A stretch of DNA of 64,000 nt, taken from assembly GCA_003971905.1 (NCBI GenBank), contig RSEE01000023.1:248001-312000 (forward strand), written 5' to 3'. Under the pieces are notes generated by a model. The model worked only from the letters and a program-made list of their open reading frames with translations, was not told where the DNA came from and made no database searches. This document shows positions 11,823 through 23,100 of the stretch, piece after piece (the stretch's first letter is position 1; each line of letters opens with the position of its first letter). This DNA comes from Moniliella sp. 'wahieum'. Lineage: Eukaryota. The position numbers and the translations under genes are program-made.

Positions 11823-14089
11823 TTGTGCATGCTTCGATTCACTTTTTTTCCAATACATACCATCTGTGTATTAGATCTAATAGCAAACTCCCTCGTTCCA
11901 ATATCGTCCGGTATTCCGTACGCTAGTTGGGGGTTCCTCCCCCACCTCGTTCTGTCACCTTCCTCCTAGCGGAGGGATTGAGCTTTATGCCAGGAATGGA
12001 GTGCAAATGATGAGCGTTTGACGACGGGGGGCTAATTCTGCCCTGACTCTCTGATCGTGGGGAGTGTACCCCGTAATCATTTGAGTAATGCTACACCAAT
12101 GGCACTAGTCTTTTTTGCGACAACAGATGGTGAGGTGGAACGAGGTTCCACACGAGCATCCGAAATACAAGTCGGTGTTTGCTGAGCTAGTGAAGGTGTT
12201 TGGGACATAGTGTGGGGGTGTGCGGGGAGTACCGACGACCCTCGTGCTGCAAAGATCCTTTGATAGTGTTTATCCGGAGACAGAGGCTGTGCCCATCTAT
12301 ATAGCGATCACTTGAGTAGCTTGAGTTCATTTTGGCTTGTGTCCGCACCCAATCCAACAAAAGTTGGGCGCGTTTTGCACGGGGCTGTTCGAGAACCGGA
12401 GCTGACCTGCTGGTGACTCCCACTGGCCTTTGGTGTCGGAGGAAATAAGCACAGCACACACCGGATGACCGGGATGACCGCCGAGACACAGCTCGAGAGC
12501 AAGCCGGGTATATAGGCGCAGCGCTTCCTTTTTGTCCCTTAATCTAAACACACACTCTCTGAGTAAAAAGAGGATATAATGACGCGGGGGTTGGCGTGGT
12601 AAGTAAAAAGTGCTTTAGTTGAGCGCTATATAGTGGGGATGAGTTCGATGAGTCCAGCGTGAGGATGTGCATAGCATTGCCGCCCCCACGCGCCCAACCC
12701 AATCAAGAAGTTGCTCGCCCAACAGATGATGCTCGCCATCAGAACTGAGCCCCTCAACAGGCCTCACATGCACAGGCCTCAACCGGGGAAGAGAGATATG
12801 ACGTCATACTTCTGAATACATATGGCGCTCGTGCGCTGAGCTTATAGTGGGAGCAGTTCTGATGGAGTCCTTTTCTTAGTGTGACCAGGTGCTTCCGATG
12901 GTTCGGGGCGGGCGGAAGCGCTATATAGGGTGTGTACGATAGGCGATAGCATAGGCCATGCTGGGGCGGGCCATCAGTTATAATACGGTGTGACTTGGCC
13001 AAACCAGATGGATGGCGATGCAGACGATGATGCCTGTGATGCACTTGATGCTGCGGATGATTCCGATGATTAGGATGATTTGATAGGCAAAACACATTGC
13101 AGCCTGGCCCCGATGGGGCCATCACGGGCCCGGCCATCCGCCGCCAGGCTATCGTCGTGCCGAGAGGGCGCAAGGATGACAAGCTCCTCAACCGATAGCA
13201 ATATCAATTGGCGAGGGTGTTCAGCGGTTGAGACGCAACGAACTTTATGGCCTGAGGCCCAGGGCTATCGGCGCTGGACGGAGTGGCGGGAGTTTAGATT
13301 TGGGGATCGAATTGGGCTGGCGCTGCCACTCGCTGCGCCGAGACAAGTCTTTCCGGGCTCCGTCGAGAGGATGGGGAAGACCAGCGCCCCACATTAACCT
13401 GCCACCCTGCTGACGCGTGACGTCGCTAACCAGTCCATCCCAGATCTCACAACCAGACGTCGGGGCAGCGGGGATGCGTGATGGGGCGCTGAGCCAGGCA
13501 CAGGGCGAGTGGCTGGCTGTGGTTGTGGTGTGCCCTGTGCCCTCCAGCAGCAGGCCGCGTCCATCACGCGTCAAATGTCGCGTTGAACGTTGAGATTGGG
13601 ATCTGAGATCTTACACTGCCGCCCGCCCTTGCAGGTGCGTGCGCTTGTCTGCGCAGGCAGGCAGTGTACAGTGGCCCCACGCTGGTTGTGCGCGCCCTGC
13701 GCACGGGCAGAGGGCAGCACCACAGCGCAGACCGAGCAGGAAAGAGCAGCACCCCGCACGGCGCCTGCCACGGCCAGACGCGGCGTGACGCGTGACGCGT
13801 GACTGTCAGGTGATGCTCATGCGTCGGCGTGTTCCTTGGGCGTGGCGGCGGATTTGGCTGCTGCGGCAGTTAGTATTGTGTTAGTATGTTCGTCCTCGAC
13901 GCCGCCGCTGCACCACCCCGTGCGCTTTTTTTTGCCGCCGCCACCGCCAGCGCTGAGCGGGACGCTGTCCTCGCCACCATCGCCACCCCCTGGCCCCCTG
14001 CCCCCTGCCCCCCGCCTCCGCCCCCGCTCCTCGCCAGACAGCCGTGCCCCGCTGCGCCTAGCCCTCCAGCCGTGCCCGCCGCCCACAAC

Positions 14090-16854
14090 ATGAACCCCGC
14101 CTCTCTCTTCCCCGCCGCCGCCCACCACCATCGCCCGCACCGCCCTCAGCGGCGCACCCCCCCCGCGCCCGACTCTGAATCCCCCCTGTCGTCTCTCGCC
14201 GACGGCGGCTCCGTCCACCGCGTTTCAAGCATCTCCCAGCGCTGCGCAGCGTCCAGGCCGGCATGGCAACTCGGTCCCATGCCCATCCACACCGCAAACG
14301 ACCGTCGCCCCAGTACATCCACCACACGCCGCTGGTCGCCACCAGCCCCAACCGGTTGGCTCCAACCCAGACCTCGCCCTTATTGGCAGGTACCTCTCCG
14401 ATGCCGCGTCCTCGCTCCCGCCCCCGCCCGACGGAGGCACATCGCCCTCGACGTTGGGTTCTGCTTGTTCCGAAGTCGCTTTTCCTTTTTCCCCCCCACC
14501 GTCGTCGCTCCTCCCTCGCCCAGGAAAGGTCAAACCTGGTTCACTGCGTCACTCCTACTCGACCACCGCAATGGATCCCCCCCACCGCCCCGACCCGCCC
14601 CCTGAAACTGTGCCGATTTCTCCGCGCAAGACAAGCAATGCTTCTTCGCGCGTGAACGGCAATGGCGTACTGGCGTCTGCACAAGCACAAGCACCAGCAC
14701 AAGCCGACCCGCTATCTCTTCCTTGTCCAGCTCCGCCCCCGCCCCCCCGATGCACCGCCACACACACTACCCCGCCACCATTCCCTCTCCCGCAGTGCCA
14801 TATCCGACTCGCATGCGCTTCAACTTGTAACCCAACCAGTCCAACGCGTTTATGCCGTCGTCGCGGCGCCACGTTCGCTCAGCCCGGATCAGGTGCGGCG
14901 GATCAGCCAGATGGACTGAGCGTACAGCATTCCCTCCCCTCCCCGCGTCGTGCGTCGGTGGCCTTGGCTGCCTCGGTGCCCTCGGTGTCCCGCACCCGCC
15001 CACCAAAACCCTTCTGTCTCGGGGCGTGCCCCACGTTCGTCGTCCATGCAGGTTGACCCCCGACCGGCCTCTCTCTCCTCGGTCTCACCAGAGCCCGCTG
15101 TGTGCCTGGACCGTTGACAATAGGCGACGTTTGACTTGTCCGTCCGGATGAGTTTGAAGCGAGTGTACATGATCGAAAGCCAATCGCGGGCACCGGACGA
15201 AGTGGTGCCGTTTCCACTGTTCCAATACCGTCTTAGCCGTGCTCCGTTTCTATTTGGGCGCCTACATGCATTCTACTTTGGGTCGGCGGCCGTTGTTGCG
15301 CGAGAAGGATAATGGGTCCGGGAAGAAGCGTCGGTGGGCGCGGGATCGGCTCGCACGACCGCATCCAAACCAACGTTTGCCTCCACAGCTTCAATGCCCA
15401 CTAAACGGATCTTGGTCGGATACGTGTGTGCTACCGCCTCCCCGGCGTTTACGGTGAACGCAATCAAGGTACATGATGATGGGCCTGACGCTCGCACGAT
15501 GTGCATTCATTCGGTTGTAGTTCAAGATGCCTTTCGTGGCCGCGGCTTGGCAAGGGAATGGTGGAAACCCTGATGGCCTGGGTACGGGAAGCTGAACTGG
15601 GCCAAGGCCAGACTGTCGTTCGTGCCACGAACGCGGCACGACCCAAGTGGCCGGGACGAGTCTTTCGAACGACGTGATCATCCGGCATGGGGTTGGAAGA
15701 AGCGGCAGTCCTGTCCCATTCGGATACGATCCCCTTCTTTCTCAAGTGTGTTTCCATCTGGTCGGAATGAGTTACGTGCAAACGGGTACGAGCAAGAGTG
15801 GTACGAGCTCCGGCGCGACATTGTCCGCCCGACACGATGGCCCCGTGGGACCCAACTGGGCGGATGAGATGCCAAAGTATTGAGCCGCAGTTCCTACGTT
15901 CCTCCAAGTATCTGCTGCTCGTCGGACCGAGCGGCAGATGCTTCAGCAGCTGTCCATCTCCACTGCCACCGATGGCTCGAGCGCCGAGCCCGCGGATATG
16001 TACCTCTCTCCTCTGAGTGATGTATTTGCCATCTCGCCCACCTCTTCGCCCATCCCGGTCTCCAGCAAAGGCACTCTGCCACCCTCTGGTACGTGTCCGC
16101 CTTTACCATCCCTTTTTTCATTACTGATTCCTCTGCTTTACAGGTTGCGATGCTGTGGCTCGTCGGACAACTCAGATGGTGGGACCACTGCGCTGCCCTC
16201 CCGCAAGTCCCCTGGTGGACAGACCTCGTCCCGCATGGAGTCCCGCGTGGGGTCCCGCGTGGGTCCCGCGCTGCCTCCACCTCCTTCCCAGGTCCCATCC
16301 CTCTCGCCAGCCCAGCACCCAGAGCGGGTGCCGTGTACGGCAATGCGTTGGCAAGCAAAACGTTTGCCGAGGATGTCAAGCAAGCGCGAGGCGCGCCTGG
16401 TCGACCGCACGCTTGGCACAACGTACCGGAGATCTACTGCCCCGGCCTGAATGCGGCGCGTTGCTAATGCGCCCAGATCGGGTGTTGTACAACAGCCGCG
16501 AATGTGGGCCGCTCGCCGCCCCCGAGGCCAGCTTGGTTAGCACCATGCCGCTTCCGCAGCCCCCTCGATGCCGGCGGGACTGCAATCGACCAATGCGCCT
16601 GCCCTGACTTTGCTGGCGTTTTGGACGACCCCGACCGCTCTCTCGTTCTGTGGCATTGCGCTGACCGACGAGGTAGCGTGGAAATGGGGAGGGAGCGAGC
16701 GGACCGAAAGCGAGGTCCGGTTGCCCATCCGGTTCTTGACCTGCGCGTCCTGTGGCTGTGGACCCTGGGCTACACCTTACTTCCGCTCGACCCATCTGAC
16801 GAGCAGGAGTATCTCGTCGCGGCCGATCGGGTGCGGTACAATTTTGGCGGATGA
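14090..16854 (-). other. Antisense shadow ORFs over the GNAT-Mss4 gene; not called as genes (see the + strand CDS)
   Basis: The many - strand ORFs here are GC-rich, low-complexity frames with no recognisable motif. Confidence 0.3.
14090..16854 (+). CDS. Fusion protein: Pro/Ser-rich N-terminus, polyamine/arylalkylamine N-acetyltransferase-like GNAT domain, C-terminal Mss4/Dss4-like zinc domain; probable intron ~14453..14523; many frameshifts
   Basis: GNAT: ILVGYVCAT, TMCIHSVVVQDAFRGRGLA (motif A) and QEWYEL. Mss4-like: EIYCP(R)PECGALL, FWTTPTALSFCGIAL, RFLTCASCGCGP-LGY and EYLVAADRVRY*. The start codon is uncertain. Confidence 0.7.
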
Positions 16855-17479
16855 TCCAAGGAGCCGTCTGGCCACCGCCTGAACCTGGGTAGGCGTTTTG
16901 GTGGTCTCGCTCCTTGTTGTCGGGTTCACTCTTTGTTACGTTTTCTTTCGGGTCTGAGTGTCGATCCCTTTTTCCCACCACCTACCCTCGCTACCTTCTC
17001 TCTGGCCGCACGACCCCCCTCCCCCTTAATATATATCGCCTGAGCCAACCGCTCGGCCAACGTTCCTTTGCGTGGATTCGTTTTGATGTTTTCTGTTCTG
17101 TTCTATTCGTTTTCTACGATGGGCGGCGGCCCCCAAGCGAGCCAAAGGTCGCGCTACACCCTGCTTTCTGGCATTATCTAGATCGGGTTCCATTTCCTGG
17201 CTTGTCCGTCGCAGCTCTTCGTCCGCCTCTTTTACGTCGTGCCTGCGCCGGCGCCGGGGTTGGGGACAGTAGTATCAATACTCCGCGTCGTGGACAGGTT
17301 CTGTTTTTCTGTGTCTCCGTGGTGGGTTCAGCTTAATCTATATCGTGTCCCTCCCCCTGCCATACTAGCTGGGCAGATGGGCAGACTGGACGGGGTGAGT
17401 CGGATGAGTACTGAGTAACAGTGAGTCCGCGGGGGGAATTGTTTGGGTGCCGACACAACGTCGCTAAGGTAACGACCAT

Positions 17480-17770
17480 GGCAAGTAAGCTGGTACGTTA
17501 CCCCACAGTACGGGGACTACTCTTAAACGGGTCTAGACGACCTACGCCCGCTGCTTTTCCCTCAGAGAGTTTGAGCGGGCCCTAGCACCCAGGCGACCAC
17601 CCAAACCACATAGAAGGTGTCTCCGTCTCTGCCGCGCAGCTCGGTTCAACCAGGATCTGAGACCAGACATATCGTGCGTGGCTCGGTTGACCGTCCAATT
17701 TGAAGGGTAATATGTACCCGTTAATAAACTACTACAGGAGCGGCTCCGGCCTCGGGGCTTCCCCATGACA
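17480..17770 (+). mobile_element. Diverged 3' fragment of LTR family B
   Basis: Shares ACGACCTACG, CCACCCAAAC, GCTCGGTTCAACCAGGATCTG, TAAACTAC and the terminal CCCCATGACA with ~24918..25141. No 5' end or TSD found. Confidence 0.7.
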
Positions 17771-18237
17771 GCGATTGGGACAGTCAAAAGGGAAGCAGTG
17801 AGGGTAGTTCGTATATATATCGTCGTCAGCCTTCCACCTACTATGGCTCTCATCCTGAGGCACCAGAGGCAAAAGGTGAAGAAACCATACTTTCTGGACA
17901 GCCGCTGGTTGTTTATATGTTCCTGCACCCTCACGGGCATATACCTCTTCAGTGGTGCCGGAGTCAAACGTTCCCATGACCACGAAGGTCTTCCTGGGTT
18001 GAGCCTTGTTCAGTATAGCGGACAACACCCCCGCTACAACCCGACAGACACAGCAGTTCTCCAAAAAAGCTGCCGCCGCGACAATGGCTCTTCCCATCCG
18101 ACGGCAGCAGCTTCTGCTGTCCATCCAGGGGGGCTCCCTAGGCAGGGATACAGCGCCCATCCCCCTCTCATACCCCTTTTTTTTGTGGGTTGACTCCATA
18201 CTACAGTGACAATCGGCCTGGCGATGACAATAGCTAG

Positions 18238-18287
18238 GCATTTGCACATTTCAACTCCGCGTTCCCCATGGGGATGCGGCGCATGTC
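18238..18287 (+). repeat. ~50-bp direct repeat, copy 1 (second copy 19898..19946), containing a near-perfect palindrome
   Basis: TTGCACATTTCAACTCCGCGTTCCCCATGGGGATGCGGC is identical in both copies. Confidence 0.9.
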
Positions 18288-18372
18288 ACATGTCACATCC
18301 CCTGTCACATCCCCTGTCACAGCTATGTCACAGCCCATGTCACAGCCCATTCACATGTGATCGCACGTGTCA
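18283..18372 (+). repeat. Array of TGTCACA units (7-12 bp spacing)
   Basis: Six TGTCACA copies, followed by TCACATGTGA and TGTCAC. Confidence 0.85.
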
Positions 18373-19897
18373 CGTCGCACTCCTAGTAGTGGGTGCGTCC
18401 CCCCTCGCATCAAGAGGTCCAGCCGAGGATGATATTCAATGCCTCCTCTCCACGCAGCTTCATCCCCACGGGCATTCCTAGATCCCTTCTCTCCAGCGTT
18501 ACTATCCACTTCATCTACCCAGACGCCCGTTTTCCATACCCTTGGCCTCACATTGTGCTATGCAATACTATGTACCAACCACATTGTAGTTTTAAACCAA
18601 TCTCATTCTTCAACGATCAACACAACAACGAAACAAGACGAAAACGAAAACGAAAACAAAGCCAGTCATTGGTCCAGGTCCCATGCGTCCACCATTTCCA
18701 CCTCTGGGCAATACACCTCCTCTGCCATGTCCCACGCGTCCTGCATCTCCACCTCTGGGCAATGCACCTCCACCACCACCGGCCCATGGCGACGCTTGCG
18801 CACGGTCACGCGAGGCTCGGCCGTGTTGACATCGAACCTGGCCCGAGGCACCGCTGGCGCCAGCACCCGCTCCTCAGCCGCCTTTGGCTTCTTGCGCAGG
18901 ATCGAAGGGCCTGGCTGGGCGTTGCGATCGTGCCCAACTTGGAAGTTCGGATGCTCGGATGGGAATGATGGGCGCCAGCCAGTAGCGGGGGGGGTAGTTA
19001 GATGGCAGACCCGGGCTCGTGGTCAGAGGAGAGAGGCGGAAGGTGAACTGGAACTCGGTCAGAGGCGGGAGGGCAGCATTTCGGTACTGGGTGAGCGGTT
19101 CGAGAAGGTAGGTGGTGGGAGGGAGACAAGAAGTTTTGCACCCATCCGAGGTTACTTATGCCCCCGCCCCCGCCGCCGTTGGGGCAATATGAGGCATTTT
19201 TGCCCCAACGGCGGGGAGCACACTGCCCTCAAGCCTCAGGCCGCTGCCTCGGCTTCAGCACACTGTGCTACCTCGACTGCTGCCGTGCGGTGTGACATGT
19301 ATCTCGGAGCAGGCCGGGTAGCACACTGCCCTCAGGCCCCAGGCCGAACCCGCAGGCCTTAACCCAGCCCCACGGTGGATAATGCCAGACGAAGACCTGA
19401 ATTCCCACGGTGGCCAAACCGGCCCAGGCCGACGGATCGTGCTCCGTCACGGCTCCACTTGGAGAGGTAGGTTGTCTCCTCCATTCTGCTTGGCCTTTGT
19501 TGATGAACGCCAGAGGTCCAACCAAAGGGTAGGCCGTGCCGTGAAGGACATGGGTACCTGGACATGGGTACCTGGCCGAAATGGAAGGGTTAGATCAGTG
19601 GAGAGGAGGAGAGGAGAGATGGAACATACCTTGACCGCAACATAAAGAGAATCGTCGGTTGGCCGTTGCAGAGTGTCCGTGTGGCGTACCGACGGCCACA
19701 TGCTGGCGATGAGGGATGGAGATGGAATCCAAGAGCTAAGGAGAGCCAGAGCTATGGGCCTGGATGGGCTCCTGGGGTGGAGGCCAGGGGAAGCTCGTGG
19801 AAGGTCCGCAGCTCACTGCCCCGGTGCCCTGTGTGCATCGGGCCACGTCTCCAGCCGAGCTCTTTTGTCGGCGTACCGACGACCGCGCTGCGGGCTC

Positions 19898-19946
19898 GCA
19901 TTGCACATTTCAACTCCGCGTTCCCCATGGGGATGCGGCCCATGTC
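19898..19946 (+). repeat. ~50-bp direct repeat, copy 2
   Basis: Matches 18238..18287 apart from one indel and one substitution at the edges. Confidence 0.9.
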
Positions 19947-21812
19947 GCTCCATTCCAGCGCCAATTAAGCGCCCGGGACCGATATGGAGAGGTCGATGAC
20001 ATCTTCCAATATGACGTCTTTGACCGGCCGGCAAATCGAGTACGTATCCTTCTTCCTTTCGCTCACACTGGGAGACGCAACCATCCAACACGAAAGAACA
20101 GCTTCCGACGGCCCGTTCACCCCGCGTTACCAGCTCCCCCGCCGCAGCTGCTTCACCCAGCCCAACAAGCGCCAAGCGCCCGTTGTTTTCGTTCCTGCGG
20201 AACGAGGATGAGGGAGAGGGAGAGCACACGGGGACTCGTTCCCCCCGTCCTACCAAGAAGCTGCGCTCAAAACCTCCCCCCAAACCGGAGCCCAAGTGGA
20301 AGTCAAAGCTCAAGGCTACCTTGCGCCGCGAGCGGGTGGAGGTACCCGCGGCGAACGATTTCTCTTCCCGCCGCGTACCCAATAGGCTCATGATCAGAGG
20401 CGCGGGCGTAACGGAAACGTACCGCCAGGTTCAATGCCGGCCTTGAGGCGATCCTAGATCGGTTTGAAGAAAATCTTCAAAACACTTTGGTGCCAAAGCG
20501 TATGGGACGACAACACAACCCCCTCCTCTTGCGAATCTTCAGAAGATGAGTGGGACGGGGAGGCGAGTGAGGAATACTCTGAGCCCGATGGGTGCTCGGT
20601 GCAGGAACTCATCTTATTAATGGGGGCGCCATGCCTGTTTGGTCTGAACGACAATGTCTTCTGTCCCACCTAGTCCGAAAAAGAGGACGAGACGGACACA
20701 ACCAACAGTGGACCACCAAGCCCGCACCTTGAGTGCCCTTTGATTATCCCACCCTTCTCCACATTGGCGGAGGAGGAGGTAAACACAGTTGTCGGCAAGC
20801 AACGACGACCTTCCGAGTCCTATACTTCCGCTTGTGGCCCCCGACGAGAGACTGATTCGTGTGAAGAAAACGAAAGTGGTGGGCGCCTCTTCCCTCACCC
20901 TGATCCCCTTCGCCCCGTCGTCCCAGGTTATGCACAGACGAACGGCGACAGGTTCCGCCCCTTCGGGCACGGTACCCTTCATTCTTCCCAATACACACTG
21001 CAGGAGGTTACAGCGTAGCAAGTGGGAGGCCCATCGCTCCAGCATCTGTCCCAGAAGCAGCTAAGCAAGCCGTTCAACGGCCCGGAACCACCAAGTATTG
21101 TAACCGAAGATTACAGCGCCCTTGGAGAAGGACCAGCGGAGCCTGGTGATGTGGCGCGTGGAGGCAAGGCCGCTCAAATGGCCATGCGAGCCAGCTCACC
21201 TTGTCGAGGCCAAGATGCTGACTGAGTTGGCTGCAGTGTTACATTGCCAATGCCCCATAACCGGCAAGCCGGGGTGCTGGGCGTCGAGCTGATCCCGCTG
21301 GATAACACGGGGCGGTACTGGTCCCCTTGGATGACCAAGGTGGTGGGGGTGGATGCACACTACTGCCTGGCCTCCACCTCTTTGTCGTGGCCTTAATCGA
21401 CGTGACTACTTTTTTCTCACCTGAGCAAAAAAGGCGAAAAGGCAGAAGAGCACTCAATCTGTGTAGTGCATATGCATTGCTCTACTTTTCCCCTTTCGGT
21501 GACGTCTCGATGACTCCAATGTCAACTACCCTCCGTCTCCCCAAGTGTGGTTGAGACCCCCCATCCCCTCCCATCGTATGGGTGTACACCGCCCTTCTGT
21601 GTCTCGCTCTAGAATCGTATGATGGTTTCCCTGGTCCAATTCGTCCACGACTCTAAATATATAGAGTAGAAATAGGAGACCGATGAAATCACCGTCAGCA
21701 GAAAAGGTAGCTCGTCTCCATCCCCATTTCCATGGGTTAACGTGCTGTCGTCCCCGACGCATCCCACTTGAAGAGCATACCGATTAACATATCCTTTGGG
21801 GTGCATGGCCAA

Positions 21813-22041
21813 TGATGAGACCTGGAGTCCTGATGGTCCTCGAGGGTGATGCAATCACACTTTGTCGTGGTGGTGGTGTGGCAACCAGCAATGCCTACAG
21901 AGGAACATCAGGCAAAGAGTAGCCATCAGGGGCTAAGCTGCAGGACAAGGAGTAAAACAGGAGAGGGAAAACAGCGGAACTCCTAGGCCTGAGGAGGAAC
22001 TGAAGGGACATTGGCCAAAGCACGAACCACCTAGCTCAACA
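21813..22041 (-). mobile_element. Solo LTR, family A, copy 3 (229 bp); TSD GCCAA
   Basis: TGATGAG...CTCAACA, with GCCAA at 21808-21812 and 22042-22046. Aligns with the other two copies. Confidence 0.88.
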
Positions 22042-22394
22042 GCCAACACCTTATCGCGTACATCCTCCTGAACCAATGGCATCCGACGACCTTTTATCTC
22101 TAGATTGCGTCCATATCATTGACAGGGGAATCGCTACGTCTAAACCGAACCGCTCATCTTGCGGGGGTTACTTGGAAGCGCCACCAATGTTAAGGAACGG
22201 GATCGCCAGGATATCAGGACCCTCTGGTTCTCCCCATCCGGTCCCGTACCCTAGGAAGCGCGTGTGGACACACGGATGAACGTGGTTGACATCTGAGCGA
22301 GGAACCATTTCCACTGAGACTTAGTAGCCAAATCCTTCCAATGCGCAAACATCTTGCCCGCCTTCAATCTTGGTGCCGTAGTATCCTCGTGTCG

Positions 22395-23100
22395 TCAAAA
22401 CCGGGGGAAAAACGGGTCTTGAGTGCGTCCCTGGTACTTAGCGTTCTTGTCGCATTCTGCTTGTTCAAGCAGCCGAAGCAGCTCCTTCTCCCGGCGTTCC
22501 AAGGGCGTCGCGGTGCTCTCATGCACCACCCTCCGGTACGCGCTCTGCGCCTCCTGCATTTCCGTGTCGCGAAGCGTGTGGTCTACCTCCATTCCGGAAC
22601 CTCCGATTGCTCTAAGCCCCATCACACGGTAGTCAGTGCGCTGTGCGTAGACCTCCCCTGGTCCACCATCTCGACTCATCACTTCATTCCTTCCCGCGCC
22701 GAGACATCTTCCTCGCTGTCTTGGCGAAATAGTATCATCGTGTCGCCATGACCAGAAAGAAGAAGCGTTCTTGAATGCGCCCATGGTACTTCACTTTCTT
22801 GGCGCATTCTCTTTGTTCCCACAATCAAAGCAGTTCATTCTCCCAGCATTCCAAAGGCGGTGCAGTTCGCTCGTACAGTTCGCTCGTACAGATCGCTCGT
22901 GCACCTCCCTGCAGGCTCGTTGTGGAGGTGGATGCCGGGGAGGGAGCGCACGAGCTGCAAGATGGGCTCCCACATCGACTCGTGCAATGCACCCCACTTG
23001 GACTGGATGCAGGGGCAGGTCATGATGTGCTCAACAGAGGACATGCCATCAAACTTGCACATGCGGCGCGTGGAACGGCTCAAGGTGGGGATCTGAAGAC
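22395..23100 (-). pseudogene. Decayed ORF with two tandem homologous segments, family unknown
   Basis: HESTATPLERREKELLRLLEQAECDKNAKYQGRTQDPFF (~22410-22530) aligns with (E)RTAPPLECWENELL*LWEQRECAKKVKYHGRIQERFF (~22760-22875). The second has an in-frame stop and an adjacent 13-bp tandem triplication at 22865-22903. Confidence 0.5.

Noticed and set aside
12007..12054. Box C (ATGATGA) and box D (CTGA) as a C/D snoRNA
   Set aside because: It spans under 50 nt, with no terminal stem and no recognisable rRNA guide.
19984..21225. Chain of short + strand ORFs as a gene
   Set aside because: There is no recognisable domain and many stops. It may be a decayed gene, but I cannot support a call.
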